5,383 nt of DNA from a virus (taxonomy: Duplodnaviria > Heunggongvirae > Uroviricota > Caudoviricetes), in IMG/VR virus record IMGVR_UViG_2609459799_000011. The stretch is one strand, 5' to 3'. A model generated the notes under the pieces. That model was not told the DNA's origin, did not search any database, and saw only the letters and a list, made by a program, of their open reading frames with translations. Positions 1 through 5,383 of the stretch are shown one piece after another. Numbering within the stretch: the first letter of the stretch is position 1; every line of letters begins with the position of its first letter. The position numbers were made by a program, and so were the translations under genes.

Positions 1-91
1 GAGTCCCCACCTTGGTTAAACAACGCTTTGGCTCACAGTTTACAACAGGCATGTTAAGCCGTCTCGCAGAGATGTTATTGCAGCGAATATA

Positions 92-185
92 GCGCGGCGA
101 TTTTTTTGATACCGATTTGCATTTCATTTGATACCGCTGAAAAACGCCGATACGCAACTTATTTGATACTAAATCGGCGCTTTTC
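92..185. repeat. Direct repeats of TTTGATAC(C/T) at 105-113, 127-135 and 162-170, flanked by inverted AAATCG(G/C)CGC-like elements (92-103 and 171-182); candidate protein-binding or end-repeat array.
   Basis: Read directly from the sequence: three 9-bp copies spaced 22 and 35 bp apart; GCGCGGCGATTT (92-103) is a near reverse complement of AAATCGGCGC (171-180). Confidence 0.5.
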
Positions 186-215
186 TTTTGGGTTTTAGAA
201 TGAGTTTTTAAGCGC

Positions 216-953
216 TCATTCACTCTCTTTCAAACCAGTTTTAACTGTTTGGGGTTTTGGGTAAGGCTGGACTTTGAATAGCTTTATGTTGAGGCGTTTT
301 CTGGCCCTCTTGTTCAGAAACCGGATGTAACGAAACTGTCGGAACTTATGAACACTGGCTCTGTCGATATTAGCCCTCAGATGTTCACCTCGTTGTCCGC
401 CTCGTTTAATGGCATTCCTGCAAATCTCGTGATACCACTCGCCATCAAGTTCATAGAATGTTGATTCATGGCTGCCTACATAATCAAAATTGCTTGCCTG
501 ATACACGACACCAAGACAGCCACAACGCTCATCTGCAAACGACTGAACCCACTGTACCTGCGGATAAAGCTGTCTGATAAGTTTGAGTGCGTAACTGATG
601 GCCCTTGATTCGGAGTTTCTCGGCATACAGTCATGCAGCCATAACCGGTTAAGCTCCATATATTCGCGGTTCTGCGTACCGGTTACGACGCGCGCTCCAC
701 TGTTTGGATTAAGGGCATAACCCCATTGCATTACGCCAACCAGCTCTCGTTCTGAAAATATACCCAGATGAAGGTAGGAGTTATTTACGAAACGGTGGCT
801 GTAATGTTTATTGACGATGACCAGTCGGGCCAGCCAGCAACTTATTGTCTCAACCCGTAACTCACGGGAGCCATAACCGACGATATTGTCGTTATAGAGA
901 ATAAGTTCAGGCGTGCTGATGATACGGGATGTAACTTGTTTTCTGTTCCCCAC
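216..953 (-). CDS. mom: Mom-like DNA modification protein (adenine-modifying anti-restriction function of Mu-like phages), 245 aa, probable GTG start.
   Basis: 245-aa ORF starts with GTG (no in-frame ATG until about residue 75), overlaps the 3' end of the upstream zinc-finger com-like gene by 47 nt in another frame, and has AGGAA 8 nt upstream. Identity is from synteny with com and gin; Mom sequence itself is not recalled. Confidence 0.75.
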   Translation of the reverse strand: MGNRKQVTSRIISTPELILYNDNIVGYGSRELRVETISCWLARLVIVNKHYSHRFVNNSYLHLGIFSERELVGVMQWGYALNPNSGARVVTGTQNREYMELNRLWLHDCMPRNSESRAISYALKLIRQLYPQVQWVQSFADERCGCLGVVYQASNFDYVGSHESTFYELDGEWYHEICRNAIKRGGQRGEHLRANIDRASVHKFRQFRYIRFLNKRARKRLNIKLFKVQPYPKPQTVKTGLKESE

Positions 954-1107
954 GACAGGATTTCCTTGTGTATGTGGGGTGCTCTGTGGCGCTCGGAGAT
1001 GTGATTTGATTGAGGGTTTTACAGCGCGGACATTTTACTTCCAGATAACTGAAACTGGCCCGTGCCAGTAACTTGTTGCAGTGTCGGCACCGTATGTTTC
1101 GATACAT
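907..1107 (-). CDS. com: Com-like zinc-finger translational activator of mom, 66 aa.
   Basis: ATG start with AGGAGG about 10 nt upstream. Cys pairs CRHC and CPRC resemble the Mu Com zinc finger, and the N-terminus ([14 protein letters not shown]) resembles recalled Mu Com (MKSIRCKNCNKLL). It overlaps the mom start. Confidence 0.75.
   Translation of the reverse strand: MYRNIRCRHCNKLLARASFSYLEVKCPRCKTLNQITSPSATEHPTYTRKSCRGEQKTSYIPYHQHA
948..979 (-). promoter_or_regulatory. mRNA stem-loop sequestering the mom start codon and Shine-Dalgarno (translation-inhibition structure).
   Basis: On the minus strand CCCCAC (plus 974-979) pairs with GUGGGG (plus 948-953), which contains the GUG start; the loop holds AAGGAAA, and CAAGGA can pair with UCCUGU inside it. 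Confidence 0.5.
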
Positions 1108-1330
1108 GGCCGCATAACCTCCTGCTTTGTTGATGATATCTTTCTCGCCTAATCGATCGACAAAAACGATCGATTCGATGTGTTTAATTGATACAACAAA
1201 TAGATTGAAAAGTCATCAACAATGATTCAGGGAGGTGATTATTTACTAAAAGAAAACGAAGACTTAGGGTGTGAAAACGATCATAAAATGATCATTTTAT
1301 TGACTTTTTATCCAGTGAAGGTAGGATCGC
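1108..1330 (-). promoter_or_regulatory. GATC-rich upstream region of com-mom; candidate Dam-methylation-sensitive promoter control region.
   Basis: Five GATC sites in about 175 bp (1155, 1168, 1279, 1290, 1324), in palindromic contexts: TCGATCGA (1153-1160), CGATCGAT (1167-1174), and the 14-bp perfect palindrome AAAATGATCATTTT (1285-1298). No promoter hexamers could be assigned with confidence. Confidence 0.4.
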
Positions 1331-1367
1331 GCGCATATGTAGTATGTTTCAAATCAACAGGATACTA

Positions 1368-1406
1368 CATAAAAGGGAAACCCAGCATAGCTGGAACTAT
1401 GCTGGG
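1368..1406 (-). terminator. Candidate rho-independent terminator for leftward transcription.
   Basis: Perfect 10-bp inverted repeat CCCAGCATAG (1381-1390) / CTATGCTGGG (1397-1406) with a 6-nt loop; on the minus strand it is followed by UUUCCCUUUU. Confidence 0.45.
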
Positions 1407-1513
1407 TCAATCTGTAAAAACTTGCATCAATGCTTTACTTCGAGCTCGTGGCGTATCCTATGATATTCCCCGGTCTCCTGTAAAGCAGAGATATATCTGT
1501 TCAGGCAGGAAAA

Positions 1514-1720
1514 ATGGATAAACTAACCACAGACCCAAAGTTACAGGCTGCGCGAATTGCAGCTGATATTACAATTGCAGCAATGACATCCACCAGGGGT
1601 AACTTTACCTCTTTTCATACAGCAGGTGATTCATCCGCTATGCAGTTATGGAACGCGTGCTTTTCTGATGTAATTCGTGCAATCAGCGAGTCAGTTGACC
1701 TTCGCGAACCGCAAAAATAG
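1514..1720 (+). CDS. Hypothetical small protein, 68 aa.
   Basis: ATG preceded by AGGCAGGAAAA. It is convergent with the next ORF and overlaps its 3' end by 38 nt, so one of the two may be spurious. No recognisable motif. Confidence 0.35.
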   Translation: MDKLTTDPKLQAARIAADITIAAMTSTRGNFTSFHTAGDSSAMQLWNACFSDVIRAISESVDLREPQK

Positions 1721-1883
1721 CGCATCTTGGGGTACACAGGATCTGCATAGCTATCCACATTGCGGTGGCGAAGTTTCGATCCTGTAATGTATCTTCATCA
1801 AGTCCTGAACGTAGCGCATTGATAATTTCCGCGCTTAATCTTTCTAGGCCTTTGGTATCAGGTTGCTTTTTATTCTTGTCCAT
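1683..1883 (-). CDS. Hypothetical small protein, 66 aa from the internal ATG (78 aa if the upstream ATG at 1919 is used).
   Basis: The internal ATG at 1883 has AGAGGA 8 nt upstream; the ATG at 1919 has no Shine-Dalgarno. Same strand as the two small genes upstream. Confidence 0.4.
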   Translation of the reverse strand: MDKNKKQPDTKGLERLSAEIINALRSGLDEDTLQDRNFATAMWIAMQILCTPRCAIFAVREGQLTR

Positions 1884-1958
1884 GATTATTGTCCTCTGAT
1901 TGGTATATAAAGCGCCCATGAAAATAAAACCGACAGGAGAAACTGCCGGTTTGTATTG

Positions 1959-2213
1959 TTACATCATGGTGCTGTCAGTTCCGGGCTGAGCCGGTTCTGG
2001 TTGCTCTGGCTGCGCGTCGGTTTTCGGTTCATTATCAGCATCACTGGCCGCTGCTGCTGGCCCAATAAGTTTTTCCAGCACCTCATCAACGTAAGTGTCG
2101 ATTTGTGCCTCAAAATCCTTGCGGACCTGCGCTTTCAGCAACTTATTTACTTCACCGGAATACAGTGCCTGTTTTACCAGGTCTTCAGTGACGGTGCCTT
2201 TAATTTCTGGCAT
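1959..2213 (-). CDS. Hypothetical acidic protein, 84 aa, with a helical-looking N-terminal half and a Pro/Ala/Gln/Glu-rich tail.
   Basis: ATG with strong AAGGAGG 6 nt upstream; 35 nt downstream of the preceding small gene; acidic composition. Confidence 0.55.
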   Translation of the reverse strand: MPEIKGTVTEDLVKQALYSGEVNKLLKAQVRKDFEAQIDTYVDEVLEKLIGPAAAASDADNEPKTDAQPEQPEPAQPGTDSTMM

Positions 2214-2248
2214 GTATATCCTCCTTATGCGGGAATAAAGCCCTGCAA

Positions 2249-2431
2249 TCAGGGCTGGGTCGGGTCTTTTGGGAGCGGAGTTGCCTGCGCTGTTTTACTG
2301 AGTTTTTCAGCTGCTGCGTCCTCAATTTTGCGGCGAACATAATTTCTGATGGCCTTATAACCACCACTCACCAGATATAACGCACATACTGCCGTGCAGA
2401 AATACAATAAAATAAGCTGTAAAAATGTCAT
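2249..2431 (-). CDS. Hypothetical small single-pass membrane protein, 60 aa from ATG at 2431 (the ORF track starts at a TTG at 2443).
   Basis: ATG at 2431 with GGGAGGG 5 nt upstream. Residues about 3-23 (FLQLILLYFCTAVCALYLVSG) form a hydrophobic helix followed by a charged tail. Confidence 0.5.
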   Translation of the reverse strand: MTFLQLILLYFCTAVCALYLVSGGYKAIRNYVRRKIEDAAAEKLSKTAQATPLPKDPTQP

Positions 2432-2526
2432 TATCCCTCCCAATTATTGACATGGTGTTGACACCGGTAATATCTGTTAGGTAAAAAGGTGCACTGCATT
2501 TTTTGCTTTGGATATAACGATCTTTT

Positions 2527-2568
2527 TGCCGCCGGTTTCTTGTTTTCCCTTACCGGCGGCATTTTTTT
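2527..2568 (+). terminator. Rho-independent terminator oriented for rightward (plus-strand) transcription, with no plus-strand gene upstream.
   Basis: 10-bp stem TGCCGCCGGT (2527-2536) / ACCGGCGGCA (2552-2561) followed by TTTTTTT (2562-2568). On the minus strand the hairpin is followed by A-rich sequence, so it is not a canonical terminator for the esterase gene. Confidence 0.45.
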
Positions 2569-2575
2569 ATCCTGC

Positions 2576-4630
2576 TTACGCGTTATTCACTTCCACCACG
2601 ATACTGTCAATCAGTACCGGGTAAGTCGCATTTTTAGTGATATCGGTCACGCGCAACTTGTCTGCCGTAAACGTGCCGACCGGAGACTGCGACAGCATGA
2701 ATGGTGTCCCGTCCTTACCATCAATGACCGGCGTCACCTCAATACTGTTGTTACCGGCAAAACGGAAGCCCAGCGTATGCCATTCGTTATTAAATGCGCC
2801 GAATGACCCCAGCTTCGTGTTCTGCGCCGTGTTTCCTTTGTGATACATCACGTTAAGGTCTGTGGCATCGCTCTGTACGTAGAACGATGCCAGCAGGTTA
2901 TGACCGGCATTTCCTTCCAGAGTAACCCCTTGCGGCAGGGCAGAAACCGGCCAGTACAGCGCCAGTGCGTACTGATTAGCCGTAAGCGCGCCATCGAGTT
3001 TAAAACGACAACTGACAAGACCACCTTTACCCAGCAGGTCCGCACCATTACCAGCATCATGCTCAAGGTACCAGGGGGCTCTTCCTGTTTCCTTGGTCAG
3101 TTTCATTGCCTTACCCCCGCTGGCTCCGGCATCATCCACGATTTGAGCCTTGCCACCTCCGGCAGCCCAACCCTGTGGTGTCAACCGTCCTTCAGACTCA
3201 GATGCCCGGTAAGCAAATAGCGTACTCATCGTCGTGGTGTCTGCGGGTGGCGTGGACGGTTTTGATGGTGTATCAGGTGACGGCTTCTCATCCGGTGGTG
3301 TCACGGTCTGCCCGCGCATCAGTTCAGCCGTGCGCCCTGCATGGAGCATAATAGCTGAGGCCAGACGGTCTGAAATGACGCCCCTGCGTGCCCATGAGCT
3401 GAAATGGCTGTCACGCTGTGTCGAAACAAAACTGCCCTGGGTTCGGGATGCTGCACCGTAATACCCGACAGCCACAATATCCGGGTCTTCCGCCGGAGCA
3501 TTCGTTGGCGTGCTCTGTCCATTCTCATCCGTCAGGAACGGTACAAAGAAAATTTTCTGTGCTTCCTTGCCTTTGTAGCCACCGTATACTGCCTCATATT
3601 TATCGGTGCCAGCGTTTTTCCAGTAATACGTGGTATCACCGCAAATCCACGGCACCGTGGTGGCATTTCCACTCACGCACTGCGCAGCAAGCGGAGCCAG
3701 GTCAGTTCTGAACTGCTGAACCATGGCCGTGAATAAACTATTATGCTGCTGGCTTCCTGAGGCAAGGTCTGCCTCTCCCTGCATCCAGACCACAGCCAGA
3801 AGTTTGTTTTTCGGGTTTTTCGCCAGCGCGACTTTGGTGCGGCTTACCAGGTCCTGATACAGAGGTTTACCGGCCCCCCAGCGTGAAGAATCAGCGGAAG
3901 CACCGCTGGCCTCACTGAATGAGCCGTCGGCTCCAGTGGTGAATGCTGACCCGCCACGACAACAGGGCACCAGAAGTATCCCGGCATTCTGTGGGATATA
4001 GGGAAGCAGTTTTTTGGCAATATGCAACCCCTGACCGACAGTCCCGTACTGGCCTTTTGCCAGATCAGCTTTCGGGTGGTTTATCCCGCTCATATCCTGA
4101 ACATCATGCAGGCAGTGGTCTGCCGGAATGATGTCGTTGTATGTACACGACGTACCGTTGGGCGTTACCGTACTGCGGCGTGCCAGTTGCTTAATGCGTG
4201 GGTCCGGGCGGTCAAACGAATCCGGTAACGGCAGCCCCTCGCCGTAGGCCATGCCATTTGACTGACCCGCGAGAATGACAACAAAGTAATATTCCGGCTC
4301 TGAACTGCTGCCATTCGTGCTACCGGAAGGCCCGGCGTTATCCGGTGCATTCCAGTCGGAGGGCGTGAGCGTTCCGGCCACGTCAGATGTGATTGGAATG
4401 ATGCCAGTCACGCCTGAACTGGTGATTTCTGCACTGGGATTACCGGATACCGGCATTACCCATAATGGCTCTTTCGTGCTGAAGCGGATCACGCAGTCTG
4501 CGAAGGTGATCCCCCCTTTATTACCCGAAGGGCGGAAAGGGCTTTCAATAAATGCCACCGTGCCACCGGCAACCTTGACTGAAAACTCTCCGGGCATGGC
4601 GGAGAGCATTTTCCACTTGGAGTCTGACAT
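2576..4630 (-). CDS. Putative carbohydrate O-acetylesterase of the SASA/SGNH-hydrolase type (phage NanS-p-like), 684 aa, with a Pro/Thr-rich linker and lectin-like C-terminal domain.
   Basis: Motifs LAGQSNG (residues 120-126; Ser124 at nt 4259-4261), WMQGEAD (282-288) and DSH (407-409) resemble sialate O-acetylesterase family signatures as recalled. Linker QTVTPPDEKPSPDTPSKPSTPP is at about residues 441-468 (nt 3227-3310), followed by a roughly 215-residue C-terminal region. No N-terminal signal peptide is evident. Confidence 0.8.
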   Translation of the reverse strand: MSDSKWKMLSAMPGEFSVKVAGGTVAFIESPFRPSGNKGGITFADCVIRFSTKEPLWVMPVSGNPSAEITSSGVTGIIPITSDVAGTLTPSDWNAPDNAGPSGSTNGSSSEPEYYFVVILAGQSNGMAYGEGLPLPDSFDRPDPRIKQLARRSTVTPNGTSCTYNDIIPADHCLHDVQDMSGINHPKADLAKGQYGTVGQGLHIAKKLLPYIPQNAGILLVPCCRGGSAFTTGADGSFSEASGASADSSRWGAGKPLYQDLVSRTKVALAKNPKNKLLAVVWMQGEADLASGSQQHNSLFTAMVQQFRTDLAPLAAQCVSGNATTVPWICGDTTYYWKNAGTDKYEAVYGGYKGKEAQKIFFVPFLTDENGQSTPTNAPAEDPDIVAVGYYGAASRTQGSFVSTQRDSHFSSWARRGVISDRLASAIMLHAGRTAELMRGQTVTPPDEKPSPDTPSKPSTPPADTTTMSTLFAYRASESEGRLTPQGWAAGGGKAQIVDDAGASGGKAMKLTKETGRAPWYLEHDAGNGADLLGKGGLVSCRFKLDGALTANQYALALYWPVSALPQGVTLEGNAGHNLLASFYVQSDATDLNVMYHKGNTAQNTKLGSFGAFNNEWHTLGFRFAGNNSIEVTPVIDGKDGTPFMLSQSPVGTFTADKLRVTDITKNATYPVLIDSIVVEVNNA

Positions 4631-4703
4631 CGTCTTTTCTGCCTGTTTCTGAATTAAACAGAGTCAGAATAGCGACCGCTGAAAAATATGTGTTTTGCGG
4701 AAA

Positions 4704-4735
4704 TTCAAAAAAGCGTCACGGTACTTTTGGTGACG
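4704..4735 (-). terminator. Weak candidate terminator overlapping the invertase stop codon.
   Basis: Minus strand: stem CGUCAC (plus 4730-4735) / GUGACG (plus 4714-4719) with a 10-nt loop, then C plus UUUUUU (plus A-run 4707-4712). The invertase stop codon lies within the 3' arm. Short stem and large loop suggest it is leaky. Confidence 0.35.
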
Positions 4736-5288
4736 GAGCTGGTGAGGCAGGAAAATAACGATAAAGGGTGGAAAGGCCAATATCAAATATCAGTGCGATT
4801 TGTTTACGGGACTCGCCATTAGCCAGCAAACGGGCGATTTGCTCCCGCTCTTTCTCTGTCAGTTTCTGAGGTCTGCCGCCATGACGCCCCTGAGCACGGG
4901 CAGCAGCAAGACCCGCGCGTGTACGTTCAATAATGAGTTCCCGCTCCATTTCCGCCAGCGCGCCCATTATATGGAAAAAGAAACGTCCCATGGGAGTGGA
5001 TGTATCAATATTGTCCGTAATGCTGCGGAAGTTAACGCCGCGTTGCCGGAGTTCTTCTGTTAAAAGGACAAGGTGCTGCATACTGCGTCCAAGGCGATCC
5101 AGTTTCCAGACCAGCAGGGTATCCCCTGGCCGGAGTCGCTTTAATGCGCGTTTAAGTCCGGGACGCTCCCTTGTCTTACCGCTTATTCTGTCTTCGAAAA
5201 ACAGCTCACATCCTGCACATTCCAGCGCATTTCTTTGTAGCGCCGTATTCTGGTCATTTGTTGACACCCTGATATACCCAATCAGCAT
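4716..5288 (-). CDS. gin: Serine DNA invertase of the Gin/Hin/Pin/Cin family, 190 aa.
   Basis: N-terminus MLIGYIRVSTNDQNT...LQRNAL, the stretch GDTLLVWKLDRLGRSM, MGRFFFHIMGALAEMERELIIERT and a C-terminal helix-turn-helix (LSTLYRY) closely match Gin and Hin as recalled. AAGGAA lies 5 nt upstream of the ATG. The symbol gin is chosen from the com-mom context. Confidence 0.9.
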   Translation of the reverse strand: MLIGYIRVSTNDQNTALQRNALECAGCELFFEDRISGKTRERPGLKRALKRLRPGDTLLVWKLDRLGRSMQHLVLLTEELRQRGVNFRSITDNIDTSTPMGRFFFHIMGALAEMERELIIERTRAGLAAARAQGRHGGRPQKLTEKEREQIARLLANGESRKQIALIFDIGLSTLYRYFPASPAPSPKVP

Positions 5289-5353
5289 ACGATTTCCTTA
5301 TTATAAAAAGCCGGAATTGTCGCATGAGGAATAAAACAGAGTTAATCCTGGCT

Positions 5354-5379
5354 TTCCTGAAAACCTCGGTTTACGGGAA
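5354..5379. other. gix/hix-type 26-bp invertase crossover site (imperfect palindrome around a 2-bp core).
   Basis: TTCCTGAAAACC-TC-GGTTTACGGGAA; the two 12-bp halves are near-perfect inverted repeats and resemble recalled gixL (TTCCTGTAAACCGAGGTTTTGGATAA). It lies 66 bp upstream of the invertase start. Confidence 0.7.
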
Positions 5380-5383
5380 ACGG

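Larger units (their letters stand above)
73..5383. mobile_element. Partial Mu-like prophage right-end module (crossover site, gin, cargo, com-mom, putative end repeats), reverse orientation. Left boundary is approximate; the element continues beyond the right edge.
   Basis: Gene content and order (invertase, then com overlapping mom, all on one strand) match the gin-com-mom module of phage Mu as recalled. TG dinucleotides at 73-74 and 79-80 (TGCAGCG resembles the Mu terminal TGAAGCG) and GAAAAACGC-like motifs downstream of mom suggest an end, but the boundary is not proven. Confidence 0.4.

Noticed and set aside
221-250. Possible second invertase crossover site (TCTTTCAAACC-AG-TTTTAACTG).
   Set aside because: It lacks the GGTTT half-site symmetry of gix/hix sites and lies inside the mom coding region.
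1222-1521. 99-aa plus-strand ORF.
   Set aside because: No Shine-Dalgarno before the ATG, and it contains a perfect 10-bp hairpin and GATC palindromes; more consistent with a regulatory intergenic region.
1956-2342. 128-aa plus-strand ORF with TTG start.
   Set aside because: Non-ATG start without a ribosome-binding site, and entirely antisense to two minus-strand genes that have strong Shine-Dalgarno sequences.
2527-2568. Intergenic hairpin as the terminator of the esterase gene.
   Set aside because: The U-tract is on the plus strand; on the minus strand the stem is followed by AAAAAGA, so it is oriented for rightward transcription.
2489-2806. 105-aa plus-strand ORF.
   Set aside because: It runs through the plus-strand terminator hairpin and into the antisense of the esterase 3' end; transcription would stop at 2568.
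2576-4630. 684-aa protein as an invertible-segment tail fibre.
   Set aside because: The only crossover site is on the other side of the invertase gene, no site lies within or beside this gene, and its motifs are esterase-like rather than fibre-like repeats. A virion-associated role is still not excluded.
2840-4652. Multiple ORFs of 61-126 aa on both strands inside the esterase gene (for example 2840-3220 plus, 3404-3736 plus, 4317-4652 plus, 3319-3528 minus).
   Set aside because: All are embedded in or antisense to a long 684-aa frame with recognisable catalytic motifs. No ribosome-binding-site support was noted, and the products have skewed, low-complexity composition typical of out-of-frame readings.
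4800-5334. Plus-strand ORFs of 87 and 133 aa antisense to the invertase gene.
   Set aside because: Antisense to a confidently identified serine recombinase gene, with Arg/Ser-rich composition typical of antisense frames.

Overview
This window reads as the right-end region of a Mu-like (transposable-phage-type) prophage, in reverse orientation. All calls rest on motifs read from the sequence and recalled family knowledge; no database search or alignment was run. From right to left: a gix/hix-type crossover site (5354-5379), a Gin/Hin/Pin/Cin-family serine DNA invertase (4716-5288, minus), then about 3.6 kb of cargo, then the overlapping com and mom genes (907-1107 and 216-953, minus), and a repeat-rich tail (92-185) that may hold the element end. 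In phage Mu as I recall it, gin and com-mom are nearly adjacent, so the cargo is the part worth a second look. It holds a 684-aa protein with sialate-O-acetylesterase-like (SASA/SGNH) motifs, a Pro/Thr linker and a lectin-like C-terminal domain, followed by three small same-strand genes and one convergent small ORF. I found no rRNA, tRNA or CRISPR array, and only one invertase crossover site, so the invertible segment lies beyond the right edge.
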